A stretch of 64,000 bases of DNA from Acidobacteriota bacterium (lineage in GTDB: Bacteria > Acidobacteriota > UBA890 > WLXD01). The stretch's first letter is position 1, and each line of letters opens with the position of its first letter. The stretch spans positions 352,001-416,000 of the forward strand of contig CBDFKD010000002.1 of the NCBI GenBank assembly GCA_965248695.1, written 5' to 3'. The notes under the pieces are model-generated. The model saw nothing but the letters and a program-made list of their open reading frames with translations, did not search any database and was not told the DNA's origin. Both the position numbers and the translations under genes were made by a program. Positions 36,066-44,418 of the stretch are shown piece after piece.

Positions 36066-38368
36066 GCCAACCTCCTGAGCTTCCGTAGCGACCACTCGGT
36101 GCCAATCAAGGCGATGAACGCCAGGAAGAAGATCGGCATGTCCCACAGATCCAGAACCTCAGTAACCGTGGTCCCGCCATCGGCGAAGGCCACGTCACCC
36201 GGAAGCTCATCCAGGGTGGCGGCGGTGTAGAACTGCCCCCCTGTCTCGTCGGCGACCCGCTCGAGCAACGAGCGGTTCATCTCCGCCCCGAAGAACTCGC
36301 GCGTCAACTCCGCCGCCTCCCCCGTGATGCTGTCGCTACCCAGTGGCTCGCCGTTGCGCAGTGCCTCGACAACTACTCGGTGATAGCCCTCGGCGGTGGC
36401 CGCAAAGGCGCCCCGGTAGCGCCCGTCGACCTCCACGTCCCATTCCAGCGGCAGCTGACTGGTCTCCCCGGTCGGATCGGTGATCGTGGCAATGACCCTG
36501 GCGTTGTTCACCGCCAGGTAGGTATCGTCGAACACATCGGCGCTCACCTGAACGGACTCACCGACGGCGAAACGATCAAGGCCGAGGTCTGCACGTACCT
36601 GTCCCGGAACGTCGCTGACGAGCCAGCGCAACAGCTGCTGCCAGAGCATCTCGTGCGTCTGATCCTCCAGCGGTATGTCGTGGTGCATTTGCCACTGCCA
36701 GGTATCTGTAACCGTCAGGGCGATCGACTTGCCCGCCCCGTAACGCTGGTAGGCAAGCACGACCTGCGGGTCACTCAACGACTCGGAACGCCCTTCGAGC
36801 AGTGTCGCCGCACCTGGCTTTGTACGCGAGATAAGGTTCACTGTAAGCAGAGGCGGCAGGGTCTCCCACCGCTGCTGGCTCTCCTCGAGCGTGTTCGCCA
36901 GCTGCACCGCCGGATGCGAGCGGCCGAAGAGCGTCGGAGTGACTCCGACCTCGGCGAACCGACCGGGCTCGCTGGCGGCCGGAAGCACGACCGGCAGTAC
37001 GTCGGCTACGGCCGTCCCGGCATAGCCTCCGTTGGCAAACGAATGTCGACCGCCGAGCGCCAGCAAGCCGCCACCCCGCTGCGAGACGAAATCGGCGAGC
37101 ATGCGCAGCTGGTCGGCGGTGAAGAACTCGGCCTCGACGCTGCCGAGGATCACGCCGCTGTATCGATACAGCTGCTCGCGTGTCCGCGGAAACCCGCCGA
37201 AGAGCTCCTGTTCGCCCCCGTAGCGCTCATCCGGGTCGACGATGAGGCTCTGAAACTTGTTCTCGGCCGAACGCACCAGCACCGCCAACGCGATGTTCTG
37301 ATCCTCGTGCATGGCACGGCGGATGAATGCCACCTCGTGCCGTGGCTCACCCTCGAAGTAGAGAATGCGTGCCTGCTCGTCGCTTACGGTGACCAGGGAC
37401 TGCAGCTCGTTGTTGCGCTGCACCATTTCGCCCTCCGCCGGGGCAATGCGGAAGGTGAGCAACCGCGGGCCGGCTTCCTCGGCCAGGAACCGGGTACGCA
37501 CCACCGTGCTCTCGCCGGCGCCCGGCAGGCCGACGTCGATCGTCGACAGGATGCGCCCGTCATCCTCGACGAACAGCTGCACCGTCTCGCCGTCAAAGCC
37601 GCGCTGACGAACCACGACGTCGGCGCCGACGGACGATCCTTGCAGCACCTCGCGCGGGACCTCGACCCGGACCACTTCTATATCGCGCGGGAACTCTTCA
37701 CTGCCCACCCCCACCGCGAAGACCGGGATCGTGGCGTCGCGCAACCGGTTGATGGCCTCGGTAAGGCCGGCGTCAGCGTTGTCGGCGCCGTCGGTCACAA
37801 CCACCAGCCCGGACAACGGTACGCTGGCCAGTTCCTGGCGGGCGCGGTCGAGCGCCCGCGCCAGATTGGTCCGATGGCCCGCGAAACTGAGCTCGTCGAT
37901 ACCGTCGACGCGCGCCGAGCCGGCCGCGAACGAAAACAGGCGCAGCTTGAAGCGCTCCTCGAGGGCGCTCAGCAAGGGGCTCTCGGCGGCCAACCACTCG
38001 CCTATCTGGGCACTACGCGACTGCCCTGCCAGGTCGGCGATACGCATGCTGCGGGAATCATCGATCAGCACGCCGATGAAGTTCTGCTGCGGCACGGCGG
38101 TGGCCACGACGAGCGATGGGCGCATCAGGCACAGCACCAGCAACGCGACAACCGCAATCCGAATCCCGGCCAGTATCTTGCGATCTCTTGGCGACGCCTT
38201 GCCTCCGACGAGCGCGTAGCGCCGTATGGCCGGCACCGCGATCGCTACCAGGAGCACCGCGATCAGCACCGCCGGCCAGGACGGCGACAACAGTAGCCGC
38301 CCCTTCTCGAAGACGAAGGGCTTGTACTTGAACAGCAGCGAGAACAGCGACTCCACGGCCGGCGACAT
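36062..38368 (-). CDS. Membrane VWA plus glutamine-amidotransferase-like (DUF1355-type) domain protein
   Basis: N-terminal TMs, MIDAS IDDSRSM, VTDG, FVSQRGGGLLALGG, YGAGKS..DTWQW, C-terminal TM ..EWSLRK. Confidence 0.85.
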   Translation of the reverse strand: MSPAVESLFSLLFKYKPFVFEKGRLLLSPSWPAVLIAVLLVAIAVPAIRRYALVGGKASPRDRKILAGIRIAVVALLVLCLMRPSLVVATAVPQQNFIGVLIDDSRSMRIADLAGQSRSAQIGEWLAAESPLLSALEERFKLRLFSFAAGSARVDGIDELSFAGHRTNLARALDRARQELASVPLSGLVVVTDGADNADAGLTEAINRLRDATIPVFAVGVGSEEFPRDIEVVRVEVPREVLQGSSVGADVVVRQRGFDGETVQLFVEDDGRILSTIDVGLPGAGESTVVRTRFLAEEAGPRLLTFRIAPAEGEMVQRNNELQSLVTVSDEQARILYFEGEPRHEVAFIRRAMHEDQNIALAVLVRSAENKFQSLIVDPDERYGGEQELFGGFPRTREQLYRYSGVILGSVEAEFFTADQLRMLADFVSQRGGGLLALGGRHSFANGGYAGTAVADVLPVVLPAASEPGRFAEVGVTPTLFGRSHPAVQLANTLEESQQRWETLPPLLTVNLISRTKPGAATLLEGRSESLSDPQVVLAYQRYGAGKSIALTVTDTWQWQMHHDIPLEDQTHEMLWQQLLRWLVSDVPGQVRADLGLDRFAVGESVQVSADVFDDTYLAVNNARVIATITDPTGETSQLPLEWDVEVDGRYRGAFAATAEGYHRVVVEALRNGEPLGSDSITGEAAELTREFFGAEMNRSLLERVADETGGQFYTAATLDELPGDVAFADGGTTVTEVLDLWDMPIFFLAFIALIGTEWSLRKLRRLA

Positions 38369-39195
38369 CAGTGGCTCATGGCGTAGAGGATCGTGTTCAC
38401 CGCCAGCTGATAGGCGAAGTTCGAAAACTCGATCGGGTAGTACGGGTCATCAACCCATTCCCAGGCATCGCCCAGGTCGGTGTTCCAGTTGATGATCACC
38501 AGCAGACGGTCGTCATCGTCGAAGATGCCGCGCACGTGCGGATAGTAGCCATCCTGCTCCCAGGTCGGGCCGCCACGCGTGATGCGCACGCTCGGCACCT
38601 GCAGGATTTCATCGATGTCGTAGAGCGTATGAAAGATCGGGTGTTCCAGGGGCAAGTCGACGATGCTGTACTCCGGCAACACGCGAGAGATCTCGTACTC
38701 GAAGTTGCGCCACTCCCAGCTGCCCCAGAAGTCGTCGATGAAAAGAAAGCCACCGGCGAGAAGATAGCGTCGAAGCGACGAAACCTCCTCCTCGGTCATG
38801 CTCATGTAACCGACCTCGAGGGCGTAAAGGAACGGGAAGCCGGAGAGCTCCGGATCGGTGAGCAGAACCGGATTCTCGCTCTCGAACGCATCGATGCCGG
38901 TCAGGCGGCGGAGGCCGAAGACGAACTGGCGATCGGCCTTCGGAAAGTCGACCGCCCACGATCCGCGACGTCGATAGCTACCCAGGCCACTGTAGACAGC
39001 CCGGGTGAAATAGAATTCGTGTGGACCGAAGCTGTCGCTGCGCGGCATCGAGCGGCCGTCGAGCGCCGACCGCAGGTCCTCCAGCTCTCGAGCATCCGAG
39101 GGGCGCTGCGCGCCGGCGATCGACCACGACCCGGCGACGCAAATCACCAGCAGCGCACCGGCTGCCATGGTCCTGACGATCCAGCCTCGTTTCAC
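38368..39195 (-). CDS. Exported DUF4159-domain protein (second paralogue)
   Basis: WAVDFPKAD, YLLAGGFLFIDDFWG, HPIFHTLYDI, NTDLGDAWEW, AVNTILY; start GTG 39195 (uncertain). Confidence 0.85.
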   Translation of the reverse strand: MKRGWIVRTMAAGALLVICVAGSWSIAGAQRPSDARELEDLRSALDGRSMPRSDSFGPHEFYFTRAVYSGLGSYRRRGSWAVDFPKADRQFVFGLRRLTGIDAFESENPVLLTDPELSGFPFLYALEVGYMSMTEEEVSSLRRYLLAGGFLFIDDFWGSWEWRNFEYEISRVLPEYSIVDLPLEHPIFHTLYDIDEILQVPSVRITRGGPTWEQDGYYPHVRGIFDDDDRLLVIINWNTDLGDAWEWVDDPYYPIEFSNFAYQLAVNTILYAMSH

Positions 39196-39340
39196 GCAGC
39201 TTTCCCTGGGGATGGTACGGTCCTCGTACGACGCTCGCGCTGAGGTGGATACGGGGTTTCGCGCATGCTGCATCGCCCCTTCCGAGCCAACATTACCAGT
39301 TTTTGACCAGGGACTGCCGGGTGGCTATGCTGTGGGTCAC

Positions 39341-40192
39341 ATGAGTAAAGAAGCCGTCGGGACAATCGTAGGAACGCCGCATTTCCGCTGGCGCAACGTC
39401 GACAAGACGCCGTTCATCGCCATCGGCGCCTTGCATCTGGCGTGCCTGGCCGCACCCTTCTACTTCACCTGGGGGGCGCTGGCGGTAGGCGTGTTCCTGT
39501 GGTGGGTCGCCGGCGGTTTGGGCATCTGCCTCTGCTACCACCGCCTACTGACCCATCGTAGCTTCAAGACACCCAAGTTCTTCGAATACTTTCTGACCGC
39601 CCTCGGATGCCTCAACTGGCAGGGTGGTCCGATTCGTTGGGTCGGAACACACCGCCTGCACCACAAAGAATCGGATACCGAATTCGACCCCCATTCGCCG
39701 AGGCACGGCTTCGACTGGTCGCACATGCTATGGTGCGTCGTCGAGGATCCGTATGGCCGCAATCGCAACGACTACGCGCCAGACTTGCAGCGCGATCCGG
39801 GGATGCGGCTCCTCGAGCAGTACTTCTGGGTGCCACAGGTGGTGCTCGCACTGCTGCTCTATGTCGCCGGCGGTCTACCGTGGGTGATCTGGGGTATCGC
39901 CGTACGGACGGTGTTCACCTATCACTCTACATGGTTCGTCAACTCCGCCAGCCACACCTGGGGTTACCGGAACTTCAGGACCCGCGAGGAGTCGCGCAAC
40001 CTGTGGTGGGTGGCGCTGCTGGCCTTCGGCGAGGGCTGGCACAACAACCACCACGCCTTCCCGCGCTCCGCCGCTCACGGACTCCGGCGCTTCGAGCTCG
40101 ACCCCACCTACTGGGCGATCAAGGTGCTGTCGTGGGTCGGGTTGGCGAGGGACATCCACCTGCCGGCGCTCGGGAAAGGCCGCGCCCTCTGA
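39341..40192 (+). CDS. Delta-9-type fatty acid desaturase
   Basis: His boxes HRLLTH, HRLHH and HNNHH; FGEGWHNNHH; start ATG 39341. Confidence 0.93.
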   Translation: MSKEAVGTIVGTPHFRWRNVDKTPFIAIGALHLACLAAPFYFTWGALAVGVFLWWVAGGLGICLCYHRLLTHRSFKTPKFFEYFLTALGCLNWQGGPIRWVGTHRLHHKESDTEFDPHSPRHGFDWSHMLWCVVEDPYGRNRNDYAPDLQRDPGMRLLEQYFWVPQVVLALLLYVAGGLPWVIWGIAVRTVFTYHSTWFVNSASHTWGYRNFRTREESRNLWWVALLAFGEGWHNNHHAFPRSAAHGLRRFELDPTYWAIKVLSWVGLARDIHLPALGKGRAL

Positions 40193-40278
40193 CGACGCAC
40201 GCTGACGACCGATCGCGTGCGGGCCTCGACAACCGATACGAAAGCGGGATGATTCCCGATCCCCTGCCCTAGTGGCCA

Positions 40279-40707
40279 CTAGCCCTTCTCGCTGTCGCGC
40301 GAGCCGCTCAGGCCGTAGCGATCCGCGCCTGCCAGGACATGACCGGCAAGGCAGGCGGCCAGAAAGGTCAGGTTGTTGGCGGTGGTTGGAATGCGGCCCT
40401 GCAAGGTGGTGCCAAAGCCCAGCGCTACCAACAACAGTGCCAAGCCCAGGAACACTTGCCGTGTCCGCCAGCCGGCCAGCAGCGCCAGACCACCGAGCGT
40501 CTCGATGAACGGCAGCGTGTATGCGAATACGTATAGAAACGGCGCCGCGAGTGTCGCACCGAGTATCGAGTCGCTGAAACCCTCGACCATCCCGGCGGAC
40601 GATGCGGGGAATCCTGCGAGCTTGCCGACCCCGAGCGGAAGGAAAAGGGCCGCACCCAAGTACAAGCGCAGCAACAGGACGACGATTGCGGATCGTTCGG
40701 AGCTCAT
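40279..40707 (-). CDS. DoxX-family membrane protein
   Basis: LLRLYLG, LPFIETLGGLALLAGWRTR, C-terminal DRYGL; GGAGG upstream of ATG 40707. Confidence 0.82.
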   Translation of the reverse strand: MSSERSAIVVLLLRLYLGAALFLPLGVGKLAGFPASSAGMVEGFSDSILGATLAAPFLYVFAYTLPFIETLGGLALLAGWRTRQVFLGLALLLVALGFGTTLQGRIPTTANNLTFLAACLAGHVLAGADRYGLSGSRDSEKG

Positions 40708-40816
40708 CGAGCCTCCCTGGTTTCGTCGCGAATGATCAATCGCGAGCCGAGTTGAGCCACGAACACGCCCCAGTGGGCGACAGCGACGTCGGCCACCCGG
40801 CAGGTGGCAGGTCCGG

Positions 40817-42829
40817 TTACTGTGCCACCGGTCGTGGTCGTCGTCCTTCGACGCGATCGAAGCGAATTCCCCGCACCTCACCGACCTGCACCACCAGGCC
40901 GGAGACGGCATCCTCGCTGTTCCGTTCGAACTCCAGCACGATACGGTCGCCGCGGAAACGAGCTTCGGACTCTGGCACGAGGACGATCCTGCGCCCTCTG
41001 AGGTCGAGCTCGAGGTCGCCGTCGCGAACTTCGAACGAGTAGGTGAACTCGAGCTCGTCGCTGTAGAAATGGCCGGCAAGCTCTTCGAGCTGTCGTGTCG
41101 AAAGAACGACAGGCGGTGCGGTGATCGAATCAGAGCGGGGCCCTCGCGCAGGCGGCAGACCCTCGGTGAATCGCTCGGCGAGGTACACGTCGGCGATACG
41201 GCGGGCCAAACGTCCGGGGCGGAAGTCGCTGAAGTTCGAAAGAACGATCACCGAGAAACGCTCATCGGGAAAGCGTAGGTAGTCCGCTACATACCCGACC
41301 GCTGAGCCGCTGTGCTCAACCGTGATGAGGCCGCGGTAGTCGCCCCACTCGAGACCGCCGGCATACGAGAGCTGTTCACCGTCCGTCGTCCGTCCCCGCT
41401 CTAGCAAGGTCCCGACGAGGCCACGGCCGCCCGTGCCCAGCACATTGGCATAGAAGTTCTCGTCCCAGCGCAAGAAATCCTCCACCGTACTGACGACGCC
41501 GAGATCCCCGATGACGTCCGAGCGCAGTATGTCGAGGCGGTAGCCGGCATCAGGGCGGCGAGAGTAGCCGTAGGCCAGGCCGGGCACGATCGCCGTCGGA
41601 TCGTCGTACAAGCGGCTGCTGGTCATCCCCAACGGGCCGAAGATGCGCTGCTGAGCGAAGGCGCTCGCCTTCATGCCGGACACGCGGGCGATGATCTCGG
41701 CAAGCAAGAAGTAGCCGGAATTGCTGTATGAGAAGCGCTCGCCGGGTTCGAAGTTCAGCGCTGCCTGGCGAGACAGGAGCGACAGGATCTCGCGCGAGGT
41801 GTAGCCGTGCACCCCGCCTTCCCGCTTGCCGATGAGCCCTACCAGCGCCAGATATTCGCGGATCCCGCTCGTGTGATGTAGCAGGTGGCGAATCGTGATC
41901 GGGCTACCGTAATCCGGCATCTCTGGAAGATACGCGCGGATGTCATCGCCCAGGGCCAGCTGCTGTTCTTCGGCGAGCAGGGCGATTCCCATGGCCACGA
42001 ACTGCTTGGATATCGAGCCCACCCGCAATACGGACCGCGGCGTCAGCGGGATTCCGTGATCCAGGTTCGCGGCGCCGTAGCCTCGCGCATGGACGATCTC
42101 GCCGTTGTGGAAGACACCGACCACTGCGCCTGGCGAGTCGGGCCGGTCCCATTCGGCGAGCAACGCGTCGACCTCAGGGCTGTGACTGGCGCTCGGCCGG
42201 CGCTCATCGGCGCTTGATTCGTAGTAGCTGCTCGCCTCGTCAACGATTGCCAGCGCCACATCGACATCTCCGAGCTCGCCGGGTTCCACGCGTCCGGCTC
42301 CTTTGTAGTTCGCGAACCATGTCTTGACGATCAGCAGCACGCCTGGATAGTCGGCCTCCAGCGTCTCCAGATCGCCGATCCCGGACAACGGGCCGGTGCT
42401 TTGAACGGCCAGGATCTTGTCGTCGCGCTCACCGTCGTCCACGAGCCGCAGGACGCCGATCGGACGTGCGCGCACGACGGCGCCGCGCTCAACGCGCGGG
42501 CCGAGCAGCAGCACGTCCAGCGGATCGCCGTCGCCTCCGAGCTCGCTCGGCAAGCTGGTGCGCGGAACCATCCCGTAGTTACCCGGATACGACAGGTACT
42601 GCACAACTCGCGGCCGCCCGTCGAGCTGCTCCCACTCCAGCGTGCCGCTGGTCTTGTCCACCTCCCATTTGTCGTTCGTACCGCCTGGGATCTCGACCAC
42701 CACGTTGATCGTTCCCGGGGCTGGGGAGGCGAGAATACCGTCGACGTAGTCCGGCCCGTCCTCCGCGGCGACGCGGCAACCGCCGAGACAAACCGCCGCC
42801 GCCAGCACCAGCAGGCACCCCCTAACCAA
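40817..42829 (-). CDS. Fusion of family-I inorganic pyrophosphatase and beta-lactamase-family serine hydrolase, with lipoprotein-like signal (start uncertain)
   Basis: VEIPGG..KWE, YPGNYGMVPRT, GDGDPLDV, DDKILAV, WFANYK (PPase); GSISKQF (SxxK), LLHHTSGI, YSNSGY, HSGS (serine hydrolase); one uninterrupted frame. Confidence 0.85.
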   Translation of the reverse strand: MVRGCLLVLAAAVCLGGCRVAAEDGPDYVDGILASPAPGTINVVVEIPGGTNDKWEVDKTSGTLEWEQLDGRPRVVQYLSYPGNYGMVPRTSLPSELGGDGDPLDVLLLGPRVERGAVVRARPIGVLRLVDDGERDDKILAVQSTGPLSGIGDLETLEADYPGVLLIVKTWFANYKGAGRVEPGELGDVDVALAIVDEASSYYESSADERRPSASHSPEVDALLAEWDRPDSPGAVVGVFHNGEIVHARGYGAANLDHGIPLTPRSVLRVGSISKQFVAMGIALLAEEQQLALGDDIRAYLPEMPDYGSPITIRHLLHHTSGIREYLALVGLIGKREGGVHGYTSREILSLLSRQAALNFEPGERFSYSNSGYFLLAEIIARVSGMKASAFAQQRIFGPLGMTSSRLYDDPTAIVPGLAYGYSRRPDAGYRLDILRSDVIGDLGVVSTVEDFLRWDENFYANVLGTGGRGLVGTLLERGRTTDGEQLSYAGGLEWGDYRGLITVEHSGSAVGYVADYLRFPDERFSVIVLSNFSDFRPGRLARRIADVYLAERFTEGLPPARGPRSDSITAPPVVLSTRQLEELAGHFYSDELEFTYSFEVRDGDLELDLRGRRIVLVPESEARFRGDRIVLEFERNSEDAVSGLVVQVGEVRGIRFDRVEGRRPRPVAQ

Positions 42830-43077
42830 GGGCGGGGCACCGACGCCATACCCTCCCCCAACGGCTGACGAGCGGTATCGGGTCACCGGGCGTGGACTCC
42901 TGTTGGCACCTCGTATCGAGGCGACTGGTGCTCGGTCGGGATCGGTGGCAGGGTACCAACCGCTCACGAACTAAGCCAAATACCGAGGGTCGGATGAAGA
43001 AGGCCAGCCCCTGGCCGTCACCTGCCGCCGCTCCGGAGAATTCGCTGAGGAACGCAACGCTCGATGACGGAGGAAAC

Positions 43078-44376
43078 GTGCTGAGACCAGTCGCTGGGGT
43101 GATCGCGGTTTCGTTGGTACTGGGGATCTCGGTTGCGTGCTCGCCGCAGCCCACCGCCGAGCCCGACGCATCTGGGACAAACACCCCTCCGGCTGAGACT
43201 GCCGCCGAGCCGCCAGAGGCTGCCGCCGGCGAGCCCACGGTGGGCGAGGAGACAGCGCAAGTCGCCGAGGTCGATCCCGAGCTCGCGATCATCAGGCTCG
43301 ACCCGAACGCCGAGGATCTCGACCTGTGGAGCAGCCTGCGTGACACCTCCGAGGATCCAGCGCGCGAGCCCGGCCCATTCCACATCGGGCGCTTCCAGTT
43401 CCCGGCGATCCACAGTTTCTTCGGTTTGCCGGTAGCTCTGACCCCGGAGGATCTCATCGCCGGCGACGTCGAGGTGGCGATCATGGGAGCACCTCTGGAC
43501 ATGGGCAGCGGCATGCGAGGCGCCAAGCTGGGGCCGACCGAGCTGCGCTCGCAGAGCCTCGCGTGGGGCCTGCCGCACATGCATGTGGGGGTGTCGTGGT
43601 CGACCGATCTCGTCGCGGTGGACTACGGGGACGCTCCGATCGACAATATGAGCACCGAGCGCAGCATGCCGCCAGTACGCCGCATGGTGCGCGAGATCGC
43701 CGAGACCGGTGCCATTCCGATCATCATCGGCGGCGACCACTCGCTCGAGTACCCGAACGTCGCCGCCGTGACCGACGTCTACGGCAAGGACAACGTCGGC
43801 GTGATCCATTTCGACGCCCATTACGACGCGGGCATCAACCGCACCGGACACATGATCGCGCACGGCAGGCCGATCCGCCGACTCATCGAGGATGGTCACA
43901 TCGACGGCAGCAACTACATCCAGGTGGGCTTGCGCGGCTACTGGCCCGGCGAGTCCGGATTCGAGTGGATGCGCGAGCACGGCATGCGCTACCACACGAT
44001 GGCGGAGATCGAGCGCGACGGATGGGCACGCGTCATGGATCGCGTGCTCGACGAGGCCAACGACGGCCCCGAGTATCTTTACATCTCGTTCGATATCGAC
44101 GTCATCGATCCGGCGTACGCTCCGGGAACTGGCACTCCCGAGCCCGGCGGCCTCACGACGCGCGAGGTTTTTCCGCTGATTCGCGGCCTGTGCGCCGAGA
44201 ACAACATGGTCGGCTTCGACCTCGTGGAGCTCGCACCGATGCTCGATCCTGGCTACCAGACGACGCTCAACGCTGACCGCGTCGTCCAGGAGTGCCTCAC
44301 CGGGATCGCGATGAACAAGAAAGGCATCGACGGTCGCCGGTATCTGAGCCCGCTTACGACCAACGACCGTCGCTGA
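43078..44376 (+). CDS. Ureohydrolase (agmatinase/arginase family), predicted lipoprotein
   Basis: GGAGG then GTG start; LGISVAC lipobox; GGDHS, DAHYD, SFDIDVIDP, GTGTPEPGG, DLVE. Confidence 0.9.
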   Translation: MLRPVAGVIAVSLVLGISVACSPQPTAEPDASGTNTPPAETAAEPPEAAAGEPTVGEETAQVAEVDPELAIIRLDPNAEDLDLWSSLRDTSEDPAREPGPFHIGRFQFPAIHSFFGLPVALTPEDLIAGDVEVAIMGAPLDMGSGMRGAKLGPTELRSQSLAWGLPHMHVGVSWSTDLVAVDYGDAPIDNMSTERSMPPVRRMVREIAETGAIPIIIGGDHSLEYPNVAAVTDVYGKDNVGVIHFDAHYDAGINRTGHMIAHGRPIRRLIEDGHIDGSNYIQVGLRGYWPGESGFEWMREHGMRYHTMAEIERDGWARVMDRVLDEANDGPEYLYISFDIDVIDPAYAPGTGTPEPGGLTTREVFPLIRGLCAENNMVGFDLVELAPMLDPGYQTTLNADRVVQECLTGIAMNKKGIDGRRYLSPLTTNDRR

Positions 44377-44418
44377 GCCGCGCGAGAATCGCGCCCTTGC
44401 CGACCGTTACTTCGGGGG

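Noticed and set aside
23813-39195. Anti-phage defence or contractile/secretion system interpretation of the MoxR operon
   Set aside because: No nuclease, TIR/SIR2, toxin, sheath/tube or secretin motifs recognised, and no mobile-island context.
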